This document shows positions 46,744-55,471 of a DNA stretch of 64,000 nucleotides, piece after piece (position 1 is the first letter of the stretch; each line of letters begins with the position of its first letter). Both the position numbers and the translations under genes were made by a program. Source of the stretch: Candidatus Uhrbacteria bacterium (GTDB lineage Bacteria > Patescibacteriota > Patescibacteriia > UBA9934 > GWF2-40-263); NCBI GenBank assembly GCA_016188475.1, contig JACPHT010000006.1, positions 68,313 to 132,312 on the forward strand, read 5' to 3'. Under the pieces are notes generated by a model. That model had not been told where the DNA came from and searched no databases. It worked only from the letters and a program-made list of their open reading frames with translations.

Positions 46744-48222
46744 ATGGCACGTGAATCATTGATCAGGTTTGCTGAAAACGATTCTCCAGTTCATTCCAAT
46801 TCATATCGCTTACGGCGCTTTCTAAACTGGTTCCCTCTCGGATTCGGTTATGCAAGTCTCGTGTTCATGCGCTATGGTTTAAACGCTGGCCAGCACGCGC
46901 TTGGAGACGACAACCTAATGTCAGAAGCGGATTTCTACAACATCTTCGCCTGGGGCGCGGCGTCCTACGTGATCGGATTTCTAACCCTAAGCCCACTTGT
47001 TGATCGAAAAGGCGGACGCTGGGGCATGATAACAGGACTCATGGGAACGATCTCTGTCAATCTAATAATGGCGCTCGTAGTGAGGAAGACGATTGACGAA
47101 ACTGCACACCTGCCGTTCGTATTCTGCATGACAGCGCTTTATTGCGCGAACATGTTCTTCCAGTCGCTTGGAGCGATGTCGATCGTTGCCGTAAATGTTC
47201 CGTGGTTTCATGTGCGAGAGCGCGGAAAATTCGCGACGATCTTCGGAGTGCTAATAGCGCTTGGCAACTACTTCGCGTTCGATTGGGGGTACGCGATCGT
47301 TGATGCGACGCGCAAATACATCAATCTTGACAAGCTTTCATTTACAGCTTCCATTTTCCAAGGGCTTCTTGGAACTGGTGGAAAAGCCGTAAACGAAAGT
47401 TGGTGGTTGTTCTTGTTCCCTGCGCTGTTCGGACTCTTCTGGCTTATTCCCATAGTGATCACACTTCGAAATTCACCAAAAGAGGCAAGCTTCAACGATT
47501 TCGAAACAGGTATCGAGCACATGAGTGCTTCTCAACTTACGATGTTTCAAATGTTGAAGGAAGTCTTCCTCAATCCAAAACACAGAGTCGTCCTGGTTAT
47601 CTGTCTTATCGAATTCTGCTCTGGCGCAATTCGAAATGGAAGTATTCAGACATATCCTAAGTTCGCAGAACATATAGGATTCAAACACGACTTTGCGCTT
47701 TCTGAACATTGGGGACTCTTTCTTCTGATCGCCGGGGTAATCGGAGCTAACGCGACTGGATTCATATCTGACAAGTGCTTCAACTCGCGTCGCGGTCCTA
47801 TGGCGGTAATTCTGTATGTGCTCATGGTATTCGGAATCTCGATGATACTTTTTTCGCTTGGTTCAAACGCGCCGCATAGCGGATCTATCAATACTGGAAT
47901 CGGACTGTTCATCCTTGCAACTTGTGTAATAGGCGTTCACGGAATTCTATCAGGAACAGCCGCGGCTGAATTCTCTGGCACGAAAAACACGGCAAAAGCA
48001 GTCGGAATCATAGACGGTGCTGTATATCTTGGAACATCCGCACAATCGTTTTTGATGGGCCTGTTCGTTCCAATCTTCCAGCCGGGAGCATTAGCTCACA
48101 AGATCACGGATCCATCCTCATGGATGGCTTGGCCAATCATCCTATTACCGTTTGCAGTGATAGGAACCATACTCGGAACGAGCATTTACAGCGCTTATCC
48201 GAAAGGAAAACATACTCACTGA
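46744..48222 (+). CDS. MFS transporter, organophosphate:Pi antiporter (OPA)-like (sugar-phosphate/glycerol-3-phosphate transporter type); compositionally atypical gene
   Basis: 12 predicted TM helices and a DRKGGRW motif in loop 2-3 as in the GlpT/UhpT family. Noticeably more G/C-ending codons than flanking genes. Confidence 0.55.
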   Translation: MARESLIRFAENDSPVHSNSYRLRRFLNWFPLGFGYASLVFMRYGLNAGQHALGDDNLMSEADFYNIFAWGAASYVIGFLTLSPLVDRKGGRWGMITGLMGTISVNLIMALVVRKTIDETAHLPFVFCMTALYCANMFFQSLGAMSIVAVNVPWFHVRERGKFATIFGVLIALGNYFAFDWGYAIVDATRKYINLDKLSFTASIFQGLLGTGGKAVNESWWLFLFPALFGLFWLIPIVITLRNSPKEASFNDFETGIEHMSASQLTMFQMLKEVFLNPKHRVVLVICLIEFCSGAIRNGSIQTYPKFAEHIGFKHDFALSEHWGLFLLIAGVIGANATGFISDKCFNSRRGPMAVILYVLMVFGISMILFSLGSNAPHSGSINTGIGLFILATCVIGVHGILSGTAAAEFSGTKNTAKAVGIIDGAVYLGTSAQSFLMGLFVPIFQPGALAHKITDPSSWMAWPIILLPFAVIGTILGTSIYSAYPKGKHTH

Positions 48223-48276
48223 ACAACTTGGGCTTCTTCACAGAAGCTCTTTTTTCATATAATGTGACGTCTATAT

Positions 48277-49131
48277 ATGCCAAAATCTGGATTTGTAGTG
48301 CTTTTCGGCCGTTCAAACGTTGGAAAATCAACGCTTCTTAACGCTATCATCGGATCGAAAATTTCCATTACAACTCCGAAACCTCAAACAACGCGTTTGC
48401 CAATTCAAGGAATTCTCACTCGCGATGAAGGTCAGATTGTTTTTGTTGATACACCGGGAATTTACAAAAAACGACGCGACGAATTAACAAAAAAATTACT
48501 TGAAACAGTAAAACAATCTTTGAAAGAAGTTGATGTGGTCGGATATGTCATTGATCCAACTCGAGAAATTGGAGATGAGGAACGTGAGGCTTTGAGAATT
48601 ATCAAACAGATTGACGCAAAAAAAATTCTCATAATCAACAAAATAGACGAAAGAAAAAAACCTTTCATTGATTTTTACCGTGATCTTTCACCAGAATTTG
48701 ATGCAACGATCGAAGTTTCTGCATTGCGCGAAACAAACATCCAAGCGCTTATCAACATTTTGTTTTCGTTTCTTAAAGAGGGCAACTATTTTTATCCGGA
48801 ACATCAGATCACAAATATACCAAATGCTTTTTGGATCGCTGAATTGATTCGAGAAAAATTATTTCTGCGACTTCGTCAGGAAGTTCCTTACACAACCCAC
48901 GTTGAAGTAACTGATATTGAAGAAAAAGAAAACGGAATGTTGGTTATTTCTGCAACTATTTTTACAACAGATGATCGTTATAAAAGAATGATAATTGGAA
49001 AAGGTGGACAAGGAATCAAAGAAATAGGACAATCGACTCGAAAAGAACTTGAAGGCGCGATGAATCGAAAAATCTTTCTTGAACTTACTGTTGACGTTGA
49101 TCCACATTGGACGGAGAGATTTGAAATGTAA
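48277..49131 (+). CDS. era: GTPase Era
   Basis: G1 GRSNVGKST, G2-G4 motifs and C-terminal KH domain; 284 aa. Confidence 0.9.
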   Translation: MPKSGFVVLFGRSNVGKSTLLNAIIGSKISITTPKPQTTRLPIQGILTRDEGQIVFVDTPGIYKKRRDELTKKLLETVKQSLKEVDVVGYVIDPTREIGDEEREALRIIKQIDAKKILIINKIDERKKPFIDFYRDLSPEFDATIEVSALRETNIQALINILFSFLKEGNYFYPEHQITNIPNAFWIAELIREKLFLRLRQEVPYTTHVEVTDIEEKENGMLVISATIFTTDDRYKRMIIGKGGQGIKEIGQSTRKELEGAMNRKIFLELTVDVDPHWTERFEM

Positions 49132-49173
49132 AATTTTAGGAGTAACTGATTTCTAATGGCTAATAGCTAATGG

Positions 49174-50088
49174 CTAAAGGCTGATATCAGTTACTTCATA
49201 TCCCCAAAATGCTTCTCCAAGGGCTTTTCGATTAAAAATGTTAGCTGTTCCTCGCGAAGCAGGTGAAAGCATTATCTCCAAAATAAGCGGGTTATTTTCG
49301 TTTGCCAAAATTGTATAACGAGCAAAAGCGTTTTGCGCCTGAATCGCGCGAACATCTGTCAAAACTCCGTTGACTTTTAACCTGAACGTTTTCCAATCAA
49401 TATCCGCCTCGATTTCTGAAATATTTTTTTGATCTTTGACTTGCGGTTTTCCTTTAAGTTGATCTATAAACGATTCAATCTGATCAGTGATTCCTGTTAC
49501 ATACGACACAGAATCATCAAACAATCCAAGATGAATCTCGGTGCGACGATTTTCAACAAGTTCTTTATATTGTTTGTTTGAAAGCCAGATGAGTGTCGAA
49601 TCGCTTTTTAGGTTTTCGTCTTTTTGCCAAAAAAAAGGTAAAAGTATTTTATTTCCATTTTCAAGCGAGTTTGTTTCAAGTATGCCTTTTTCCAAAATAT
49701 TTTCGTAAACTGGTTCTGGAGGATTTGGTAATTGTGTGCCGATCGCGGCTGAAGTGTAGTCGTCAAAATATTTTTTGCGCGTAGCAGTTGAAGCATCGGT
49801 TTCTTTTTTCAAAGATCGTTCCCAAGAAAAAACTCCTCTGACTTTCGGTTCCCAAAAATTTACCGAAATGATTCGATCGGCATCTGTTCCTTCAAATAAG
49901 GAAATCGCTTTTCCACCAACACCAAATATAGTCTCTCGCAAAATGATTTTCGAACCAGCTTCAATATTGAGAAGCGCTGCCGCTTGTTCCGGAGTTTTAT
50001 CTGAAACAATCTGTTGAGTGCAACCTGCCCCAACAAAAAGAATCGCACAACATGTCAGAGCGACAGAACGATTCAGTCTTAAGTTCAT
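49174..50088 (-). CDS. hypothetical lipoprotein
   Basis: Signal peptide with lipobox-like LFVGAGC; no recognisable domain. Confidence 0.45.
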   Translation of the reverse strand: MNLRLNRSVALTCCAILFVGAGCTQQIVSDKTPEQAAALLNIEAGSKIILRETIFGVGGKAISLFEGTDADRIISVNFWEPKVRGVFSWERSLKKETDASTATRKKYFDDYTSAAIGTQLPNPPEPVYENILEKGILETNSLENGNKILLPFFWQKDENLKSDSTLIWLSNKQYKELVENRRTEIHLGLFDDSVSYVTGITDQIESFIDQLKGKPQVKDQKNISEIEADIDWKTFRLKVNGVLTDVRAIQAQNAFARYTILANENNPLILEIMLSPASRGTANIFNRKALGEAFWGYEVTDISL

Positions 50089-50097
50089 AAAAGTTCA

Positions 50098-50346
50098 TTA
50101 TGAGGCCCATTTGCGAACTTCATCTTCTGAAGCTTCGCCGCAAATTGATTTGCCTGTCTCTTCATTAAAGAAGAACGGAACTCCTCCGCATTTTCCACCG
50201 TCTTTTTGATCAAAAATTTTCGCGTTTTCTGGATGATGCCAAGTTTCGAGCTTGGTAATTTCAACACCTTCGGCGATTAACTTATCCACAAGTGGCATCA
50301 TAACATGACAATGAGGACATTCATCCCCGTAAAAAAAGTATTTCAT
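50098..50346 (-). CDS. glutaredoxin/thioredoxin-like small redox protein
   Basis: 82 aa with YGDECPHCHVM (CxxC) near the N-terminus and a thioredoxin-fold-like remainder. Confidence 0.6.
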   Translation of the reverse strand: MKYFFYGDECPHCHVMMPLVDKLIAEGVEITKLETWHHPENAKIFDQKDGGKCGGVPFFFNEETGKSICGEASEDEVRKWAS

Positions 50347-50347
50347 A

Positions 50348-50986
50348 TTGTGCTATTATCTTAACATGCAACAAACTCGTATTCAAATTCTAGTAGCCGC
50401 TCTATTTTTCACCGTAATTGCCGGCCTTCTTTTAATTCGACGTTTCGATACTCTTCCAGAAGAAATAGTAACTTTAGTTTCAACTACGGGATCAGATAGA
50501 ATTATTGGAGAAAAATTTCGTCGAGGCGAATTTATTGAAACAAAAGCAGGAGAGCATCTTGCTATCAGTATTGGAAACAACATTCAAATTGGAATTGATG
50601 AGCGTTCAAGACTTGAACTCTATCGGCTGTTCAAAGATGAACGTAAAATCCGCTTTCAAAAAGGAAGAATCATCATTATCAATAAAGAACGAATCCCTCT
50701 TTTTATAGAAACGAATAAAACAGAGAACGTTTTAGCAAGTGGTTCAGCAACGTTAATCAACTATGATTATCAACAATTAGTGACAATTGCGCCGCTCGAA
50801 GGATCGATTCAAACTCACATAAAAGGAATGAATGAGTACATGCTTATACCAATTCCAATCAGTGTAAATGAAAAAGATCCGGCTTCATATTCGAAAACAA
50901 AAACAGACCCATTGTCTGGAGCAAAAAAATTTTATGAGTGGTTTTACTCAATTATTCCTCCACCCAACATCACTTCCCCATCATAA
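50348..50986 (+). CDS. hypothetical membrane-anchored protein
   Basis: N-terminal TM helix (ILVAALFFTVIAGLLLI), soluble remainder with no recognised domain. True start may be the Met at 50366. Confidence 0.35.
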   Translation: MCYYLNMQQTRIQILVAALFFTVIAGLLLIRRFDTLPEEIVTLVSTTGSDRIIGEKFRRGEFIETKAGEHLAISIGNNIQIGIDERSRLELYRLFKDERKIRFQKGRIIIINKERIPLFIETNKTENVLASGSATLINYDYQQLVTIAPLEGSIQTHIKGMNEYMLIPIPISVNEKDPASYSKTKTDPLSGAKKFYEWFYSIIPPPNITSPS

Positions 50987-52086
50987 AAAACAATTGATTG
51001 TCCCGATGTTACTGCGCGCTGTGGTTTATCAAATTTAACCACAGCTTTTTTTTGTGGAAGAAAAGTTACTGCGCAAGATTGAAGCGGCTGACGATAACGA
51101 ATTCTCGCTTCGCATTTGATTTTTTTTGGAAGTGATTCTACTAGCAAATTAATTTGTTCAATTTCCAGTTCATCTTTATACAAAGACGGATGATAATTAC
51201 TTGTGACAACAAGCTCTTTCGTTTTCTCACGTTTTTCAACAACATAGTAAGGATTTCCACCACCGATATTCAAGCCATGGCGTTGACCGATTGTGAAAAA
51301 ATTTATTCCGGAATGTTCACCAACGATTTTTCCATCTGAAGTTACTATTTTTCCAGGATCCTCTTTAATTCTTGTTTTTAAGAATTCACGCATCTCAACT
51401 TCACCAACAAAACAAATTCCAACGCTGTCTTTTTTTTCAGCCACATCGAGCCCGAGCTTTCGAGCCTTTGCGCGAACTTCTGGTTTTGTCATTTCTCCAA
51501 CAGGAAAAATTATTCTCGGTAAAATTTTTTTATCAATCGCCCACAAAAAATACGTTTGGTCCTTGTTTGAATCTTTCCCAGCTAAAACACACTTTTTGTC
51601 ATTGCGAGGGAGCGCAGCGACCGAAGCAATCTCTTTTCCTAGATTTCTTCGCTTCGATCGCAATGACGGAAAGGTGGCTATACGAGCATAATGCCCCGTC
51701 GCAACATACCCACACCCAAGCCGATCAGCTTCTCTCACAAAACGATCAAACTTGATGAATTTGTTGCACATAACGTCCGGATTTGGCGTTCGTCCTGCAG
51801 ATGATTCGCGAAATAAATATTCGATAACATCTCGCCGATATTCTTTTTCAAAATCAAAAGTTAAAAATGGAATTCCGAGTTTGGCCGCAACACGCGCCGC
51901 ATCACGCCTTTCTATTTTCCAACCGCACTCTTTGAACTCTGGTCCTTCACATTCATTTTCAGACCAATTTTTCATGAAAGCTCCGATCACTTCATATCCT
52001 TGTTCCAACAACAAAGCCGCTGACACTGACGAGTCAACACCTCCTGACATTCCAACAAGAACTTTTTTCTTCCTTGTCATAATCAT
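50944..52086 (-). CDS. mnmA: tRNA-specific 2-thiouridylase MnmA
   Basis: PP-loop VLVGMSGGVDSSV and catalytic Cys regions; 380 aa. Confidence 0.9.
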   Translation of the reverse strand: MIMTRKKKVLVGMSGGVDSSVSAALLLEQGYEVIGAFMKNWSENECEGPEFKECGWKIERRDAARVAAKLGIPFLTFDFEKEYRRDVIEYLFRESSAGRTPNPDVMCNKFIKFDRFVREADRLGCGYVATGHYARIATFPSLRSKRRNLGKEIASVAALPRNDKKCVLAGKDSNKDQTYFLWAIDKKILPRIIFPVGEMTKPEVRAKARKLGLDVAEKKDSVGICFVGEVEMREFLKTRIKEDPGKIVTSDGKIVGEHSGINFFTIGQRHGLNIGGGNPYYVVEKREKTKELVVTSNYHPSLYKDELEIEQINLLVESLPKKIKCEARIRYRQPLQSCAVTFLPQKKAVVKFDKPQRAVTSGQSIVFYDGEVMLGGGIIE

Positions 52087-53456
52087 GAAAACGTTCTTTT
52101 CAAATTTTCAAATTTCTCTGAATCTTCACGCAGAACAAAAAAATCAGTGAAATTTAGCTTCTCATTATATTTTTGTAGCAAATCTGAATACTTAAAAATA
52201 GGAATATACTCCACGCCATTTACCAATCGTTTTGCAACATAGATCATCGTTGCACGCTCTGAATCGCCTTCCCCAAAATGAGAAAGTTCGTTCAAAACAG
52301 AATAAGTAAAATACCTGATCTTGTTTTGATAACAAAATTCTGACAAACCCGAGAGCAAAATTTGATCTTCTTCTTTGGATTTTTGTAAACGCAAAATTCG
52401 TTTCGCTGGAATTCGTTTTACAATATGCTCTGACCAATAATTTTTCGGATTTTTTGATGACTCAAAAATTTGCTCAATCACAGGACCGTCGCGCAACTGC
52501 GTATATAAGTATGGATCCGTGGGAATTTTCAATGAGATCTCTCTGGTTCGAATTGCTTCTTCCAAATAATGTGAAAATCCCGCCTTTGTTTTATGATAAT
52601 AAACTTGATCTATCATGTGATAACGAGCAAGAAGCATGTCTTCATACGCTCGCACTCCGTTTTCAGAAAGAGTCATGATCAGTTGATCATCGTGCTGTGC
52701 AACCCCAAACGATGAGATCAACCAATCAACATCATAATTCCCATACGCGACTCCACAAAAATAACTGTCACGCAAAAGATAATCCATTCGATCAGAATCT
52801 GCCTCGCCAGAAATAAGTCCTTTGAGAACTCGTCCGAGCCCAGGAATACGTACTGAAATTTTTTCCAAGTATTCAGACGGAAAAATATCTTTGTGCATGA
52901 TCGATGCGACATCTTGTGCGAACGATTTTTCCAAAACACCTTCTTGAACAAGAGTTTGAATCAATAGAATGCTGTAATCTTCGTGAGCGGATTTTCGATT
53001 AGGTTTTTGTTTCCACCAAGACCAGTCAAATGGAAAATCCTCGAGCGATGGAAAAATATATTCTGACGCGTGAGAAAACGGACCGTGCCCAATGTCGTGT
53101 AAAAGTCCTGCAACACGAACACGAGAACGAAGGGCTTGAATGTCAACATCAAAAATTGGAACGTTTCGTGAATCTGAAAACAAATGATCAAATAGTCGTC
53201 CGGCAACATGCATTGTCCCAATCGAGTGTAAAAATCTGTCGTGAGTTCCACCAGGATAAACATAAGAATGCAAAAAACCAAGCTGGCTTATGAAACGCAA
53301 ACGCTGAAAAAACGGATGATCAATGATCGTCCGTTCAAATTCGCTAAATGAAATGCGATGATGAATTGGATCGCGAAGTTCGTATGAGGACATAAAAAAG
53401 TAGCTGATACTTCTTTCTTCTTGATACTTGCTACCAATTATCATTCGAAATGTCAA
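52083..53456 (-). CDS. HD-domain phosphohydrolase, dGTPase-like (dNTP triphosphohydrolase family)
   Basis: HDRFLHSIGTMHVAG...LLHDIGHGPFSH...DSDRMDYLLRDSYFCGV HD motifs. 4-bp overlaps with the genes on both sides, so co-operonic. Confidence 0.75.
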   Translation of the reverse strand: MTFRMIIGSKYQEERSISYFFMSSYELRDPIHHRISFSEFERTIIDHPFFQRLRFISQLGFLHSYVYPGGTHDRFLHSIGTMHVAGRLFDHLFSDSRNVPIFDVDIQALRSRVRVAGLLHDIGHGPFSHASEYIFPSLEDFPFDWSWWKQKPNRKSAHEDYSILLIQTLVQEGVLEKSFAQDVASIMHKDIFPSEYLEKISVRIPGLGRVLKGLISGEADSDRMDYLLRDSYFCGVAYGNYDVDWLISSFGVAQHDDQLIMTLSENGVRAYEDMLLARYHMIDQVYYHKTKAGFSHYLEEAIRTREISLKIPTDPYLYTQLRDGPVIEQIFESSKNPKNYWSEHIVKRIPAKRILRLQKSKEEDQILLSGLSEFCYQNKIRYFTYSVLNELSHFGEGDSERATMIYVAKRLVNGVEYIPIFKYSDLLQKYNEKLNFTDFFVLREDSEKFENLKRTFS

Positions 53457-55423
53457 TCAAACTTGATGGTTTGCCCTGGTTTTAATGTGCCTGTATTTTT
53501 TTGCACGGTAGGTGTTGAAGAAAGTAAAGGGGTATTAGGAATCTGAACATTCGGTTTCTTATTTCGATTACGTTTTCGTTTTTTAGGTGAACTAACAGAA
53601 AAATTTACTGGCGACCCAATTGAGTTCGCCTTTGGAAGTGAAACGACTGGCGGTTTTTTAATTTCACTTGAAAGCCAATCATCTTTAAGCTGAGAAGCGG
53701 GCGTTGAAGCACTGCCTTCGACCACCGGACTTGGCGAGGTCACATCTGAAAGCTGGGCAAGCTCAGGCAATACATGTGTTTTCTCTTCAGCCCTTTCAGT
53801 CCTTTCAGTCTTCTCTGGCTTCACATTCAACCTGTTCAAACTAATTGGCTCAGAAGTTGTCTGACGCTCAACTATCGTTCCTTCAGACGGTCTTGGCGGT
53901 AATTCAGATTTTGAACGAACCTCTGTTCGTTTTGGTTTACCATGCTTACGTTCTTCTCTAACAATTTCAATACACTCCTCGCAATAAATCGGTCGAGAAC
54001 GATCAAGTTCAACCGCTAAAACAATTTGTTTATTACATCGTGTGCAATTATATTCAAAACGAGGTTTGCGCGATGATTTTACAAGTTTCTTTTTTTCTTC
54101 TGCTTCCTTAAGCAATGTGTCCATGTCAGCATCTTCCATCCCGCTCCATTTCAAAATCTTTTCTTCAATTTCTTTTCGTGGATTTGCGAAACGTTCACGC
54201 GAAACTTTAATGACCCTATCAGCAGAACCGGTTTTTTTTGAAATTGGTGGCAACGTAATCGCTGAAAACGGCTGGCTTGAAACTCCATCAATAAGCAACT
54301 TCAAATAAACGTTGTATTTGGGAAGATTAATAATATCTTCGGGCATAAAACGCGGAGCGAATTCCTTTTCCATATACAATCCGTCTGGCGAACCGACACG
54401 ATATGAAATTATTGTTCCAACGTTTCCGAAGACCGCTTCGCGAACTTCATCAGTGAGTTGCGCGATATATTGATGAGCCATTGTTAAACACAAACGATAT
54501 TTGCGAGCTTCGGAAAGAATTCCTGCAAACGACTCGACAGCAAAATTTTGAAACTCATCAACGTACAAATAAAAATCTTTTCGATCTTTTTCAGGAACGT
54601 CTACTCGTTCCATTGCGGCAAGCTGAAGTTTCGTGATGAGGAGCCCGCCAAGCAAACGAGAGTTGTCTTCACCAATGCGACCCTTTGAAAGATTTATGAT
54701 GAAAATCTTTTCAGAATCCATTATTTCGCGAATGTGAATCGTCGATTTTACTTGCGCGACAATGTTTCGAATAACTGACGCTGATAAAAATTGCCCGATC
54801 TTGTTTTGAATTGGTGCAACTGCCTCTTGCGCGTACTTATCGTTATACGATGCGAATTCTTTGAGCCAAAATTGCTTGACAACAGGATCTGTGACATTTC
54901 CGACAATTCGATTTCTAAATTCTTCCTCTGAAAGCATGCGATTTATTCCAAGTAATGTCTGTCCGGGATTATCAAGAAGAGCCAAGATCGTGTTATTCAA
55001 AATGTATTCCATACGCGAAGACCACATGTTTTCCCAAATCTTCTTGAAAACACCCATCATTCCGCTCGCAACCAAATGCTTATGGCGTTCGCTCACAGCT
55101 TCCAAAATATTAAAACCAATCGGGAAATCAACATCAGACGGATTGAAATAAATTACATCGTTGATTCGCCAGCTTGGAATGTAATCAATCAATTTTTCAG
55201 CCGTGTCTCCGTGTGGATCAACATAACAACAGCCGTGTCCTGCATAAATATCAGACAAAATAAAATTTTCGAGTAAAGTCGTTTTTCCCATGCCTGTTTT
55301 TCCAATCACATAAACATGGCGACGTCTATCGTCGGTTTTGATTCCAAACTTTGTCATCGAATTTCTGAAATTCGTTTTTGCAAAGTATGTGACTTCATTT
55401 TCGTGGTCGTGATTATGGGACAT
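53453..55423 (-). CDS. FtsK/HerA/TraG-superfamily P-loop ATPase with C-terminal CxxC-N17-CxxC zinc ribbon and Lys/Ser/Pro-rich tail (T4SS coupling-protein-like)
   Basis: Walker A VIGKTGMGKTT, Walker B FYLYVDEFQNF, zinc ribbon CTRCNKQ...CEECIE. No TM helix. The first ATG is at 55423; the ORF-track start at 55438 is a TTG. Confidence 0.55.
   Translation of the reverse strand: MSHNHDHENEVTYFAKTNFRNSMTKFGIKTDDRRRHVYVIGKTGMGKTTLLENFILSDIYAGHGCCYVDPHGDTAEKLIDYIPSWRINDVIYFNPSDVDFPIGFNILEAVSERHKHLVASGMMGVFKKIWENMWSSRMEYILNNTILALLDNPGQTLLGINRMLSEEEFRNRIVGNVTDPVVKQFWLKEFASYNDKYAQEAVAPIQNKIGQFLSASVIRNIVAQVKSTIHIREIMDSEKIFIINLSKGRIGEDNSRLLGGLLITKLQLAAMERVDVPEKDRKDFYLYVDEFQNFAVESFAGILSEARKYRLCLTMAHQYIAQLTDEVREAVFGNVGTIISYRVGSPDGLYMEKEFAPRFMPEDIINLPKYNVYLKLLIDGVSSQPFSAITLPPISKKTGSADRVIKVSRERFANPRKEIEEKILKWSGMEDADMDTLLKEAEEKKKLVKSSRKPRFEYNCTRCNKQIVLAVELDRSRPIYCEECIEIVREERKHGKPKRTEVRSKSELPPRPSEGTIVERQTTSEPISLNRLNVKPEKTERTERAEEKTHVLPELAQLSDVTSPSPVVEGSASTPASQLKDDWLSSEIKKPPVVSLPKANSIGSPVNFSVSSPKKRKRNRNKKPNVQIPNTPLLSSTPTVQKNTGTLKPGQTIKFD
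53784..53816. repeat. 9-bp-periodic GAAAGG(A/G)CT tandem array (copy 3 of 4), inside the ATPase CDS
   Basis: Plus strand ctcttcagccctttcagtcctttcagtcttctc; encodes ...ERTERTERAEE... on the minus strand. Confidence 0.45.
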
Positions 55424-55466
55424 AGGAAGAAAGGTCAAAAAGTACGGAAAGGTCTGAAAGGTCGAA
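55424..55466. repeat. 9-bp-periodic GAAAGGTC tandem array (copy 4 of 4), in the 5' leader of the ATPase gene
   Basis: gaaaggtca|aaaagtacg|gaaaggtct|gaaaggtcg. In mRNA sense it reads GACCTTTC x4 just upstream of the ATG, as at pilM. Confidence 0.5.
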
Positions 55467-55471
55467 AAACG

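Noticed and set aside
49141-49195. 10-bp inverted repeat agtaactgat...atcagttact with a 34-nt loop containing taatggctaa repeats between era and the lipoprotein gene
   Set aside because: There is no U-tract on either strand and the loop is too large for a confident intrinsic terminator. It may be a weak bidirectional stem-loop only.
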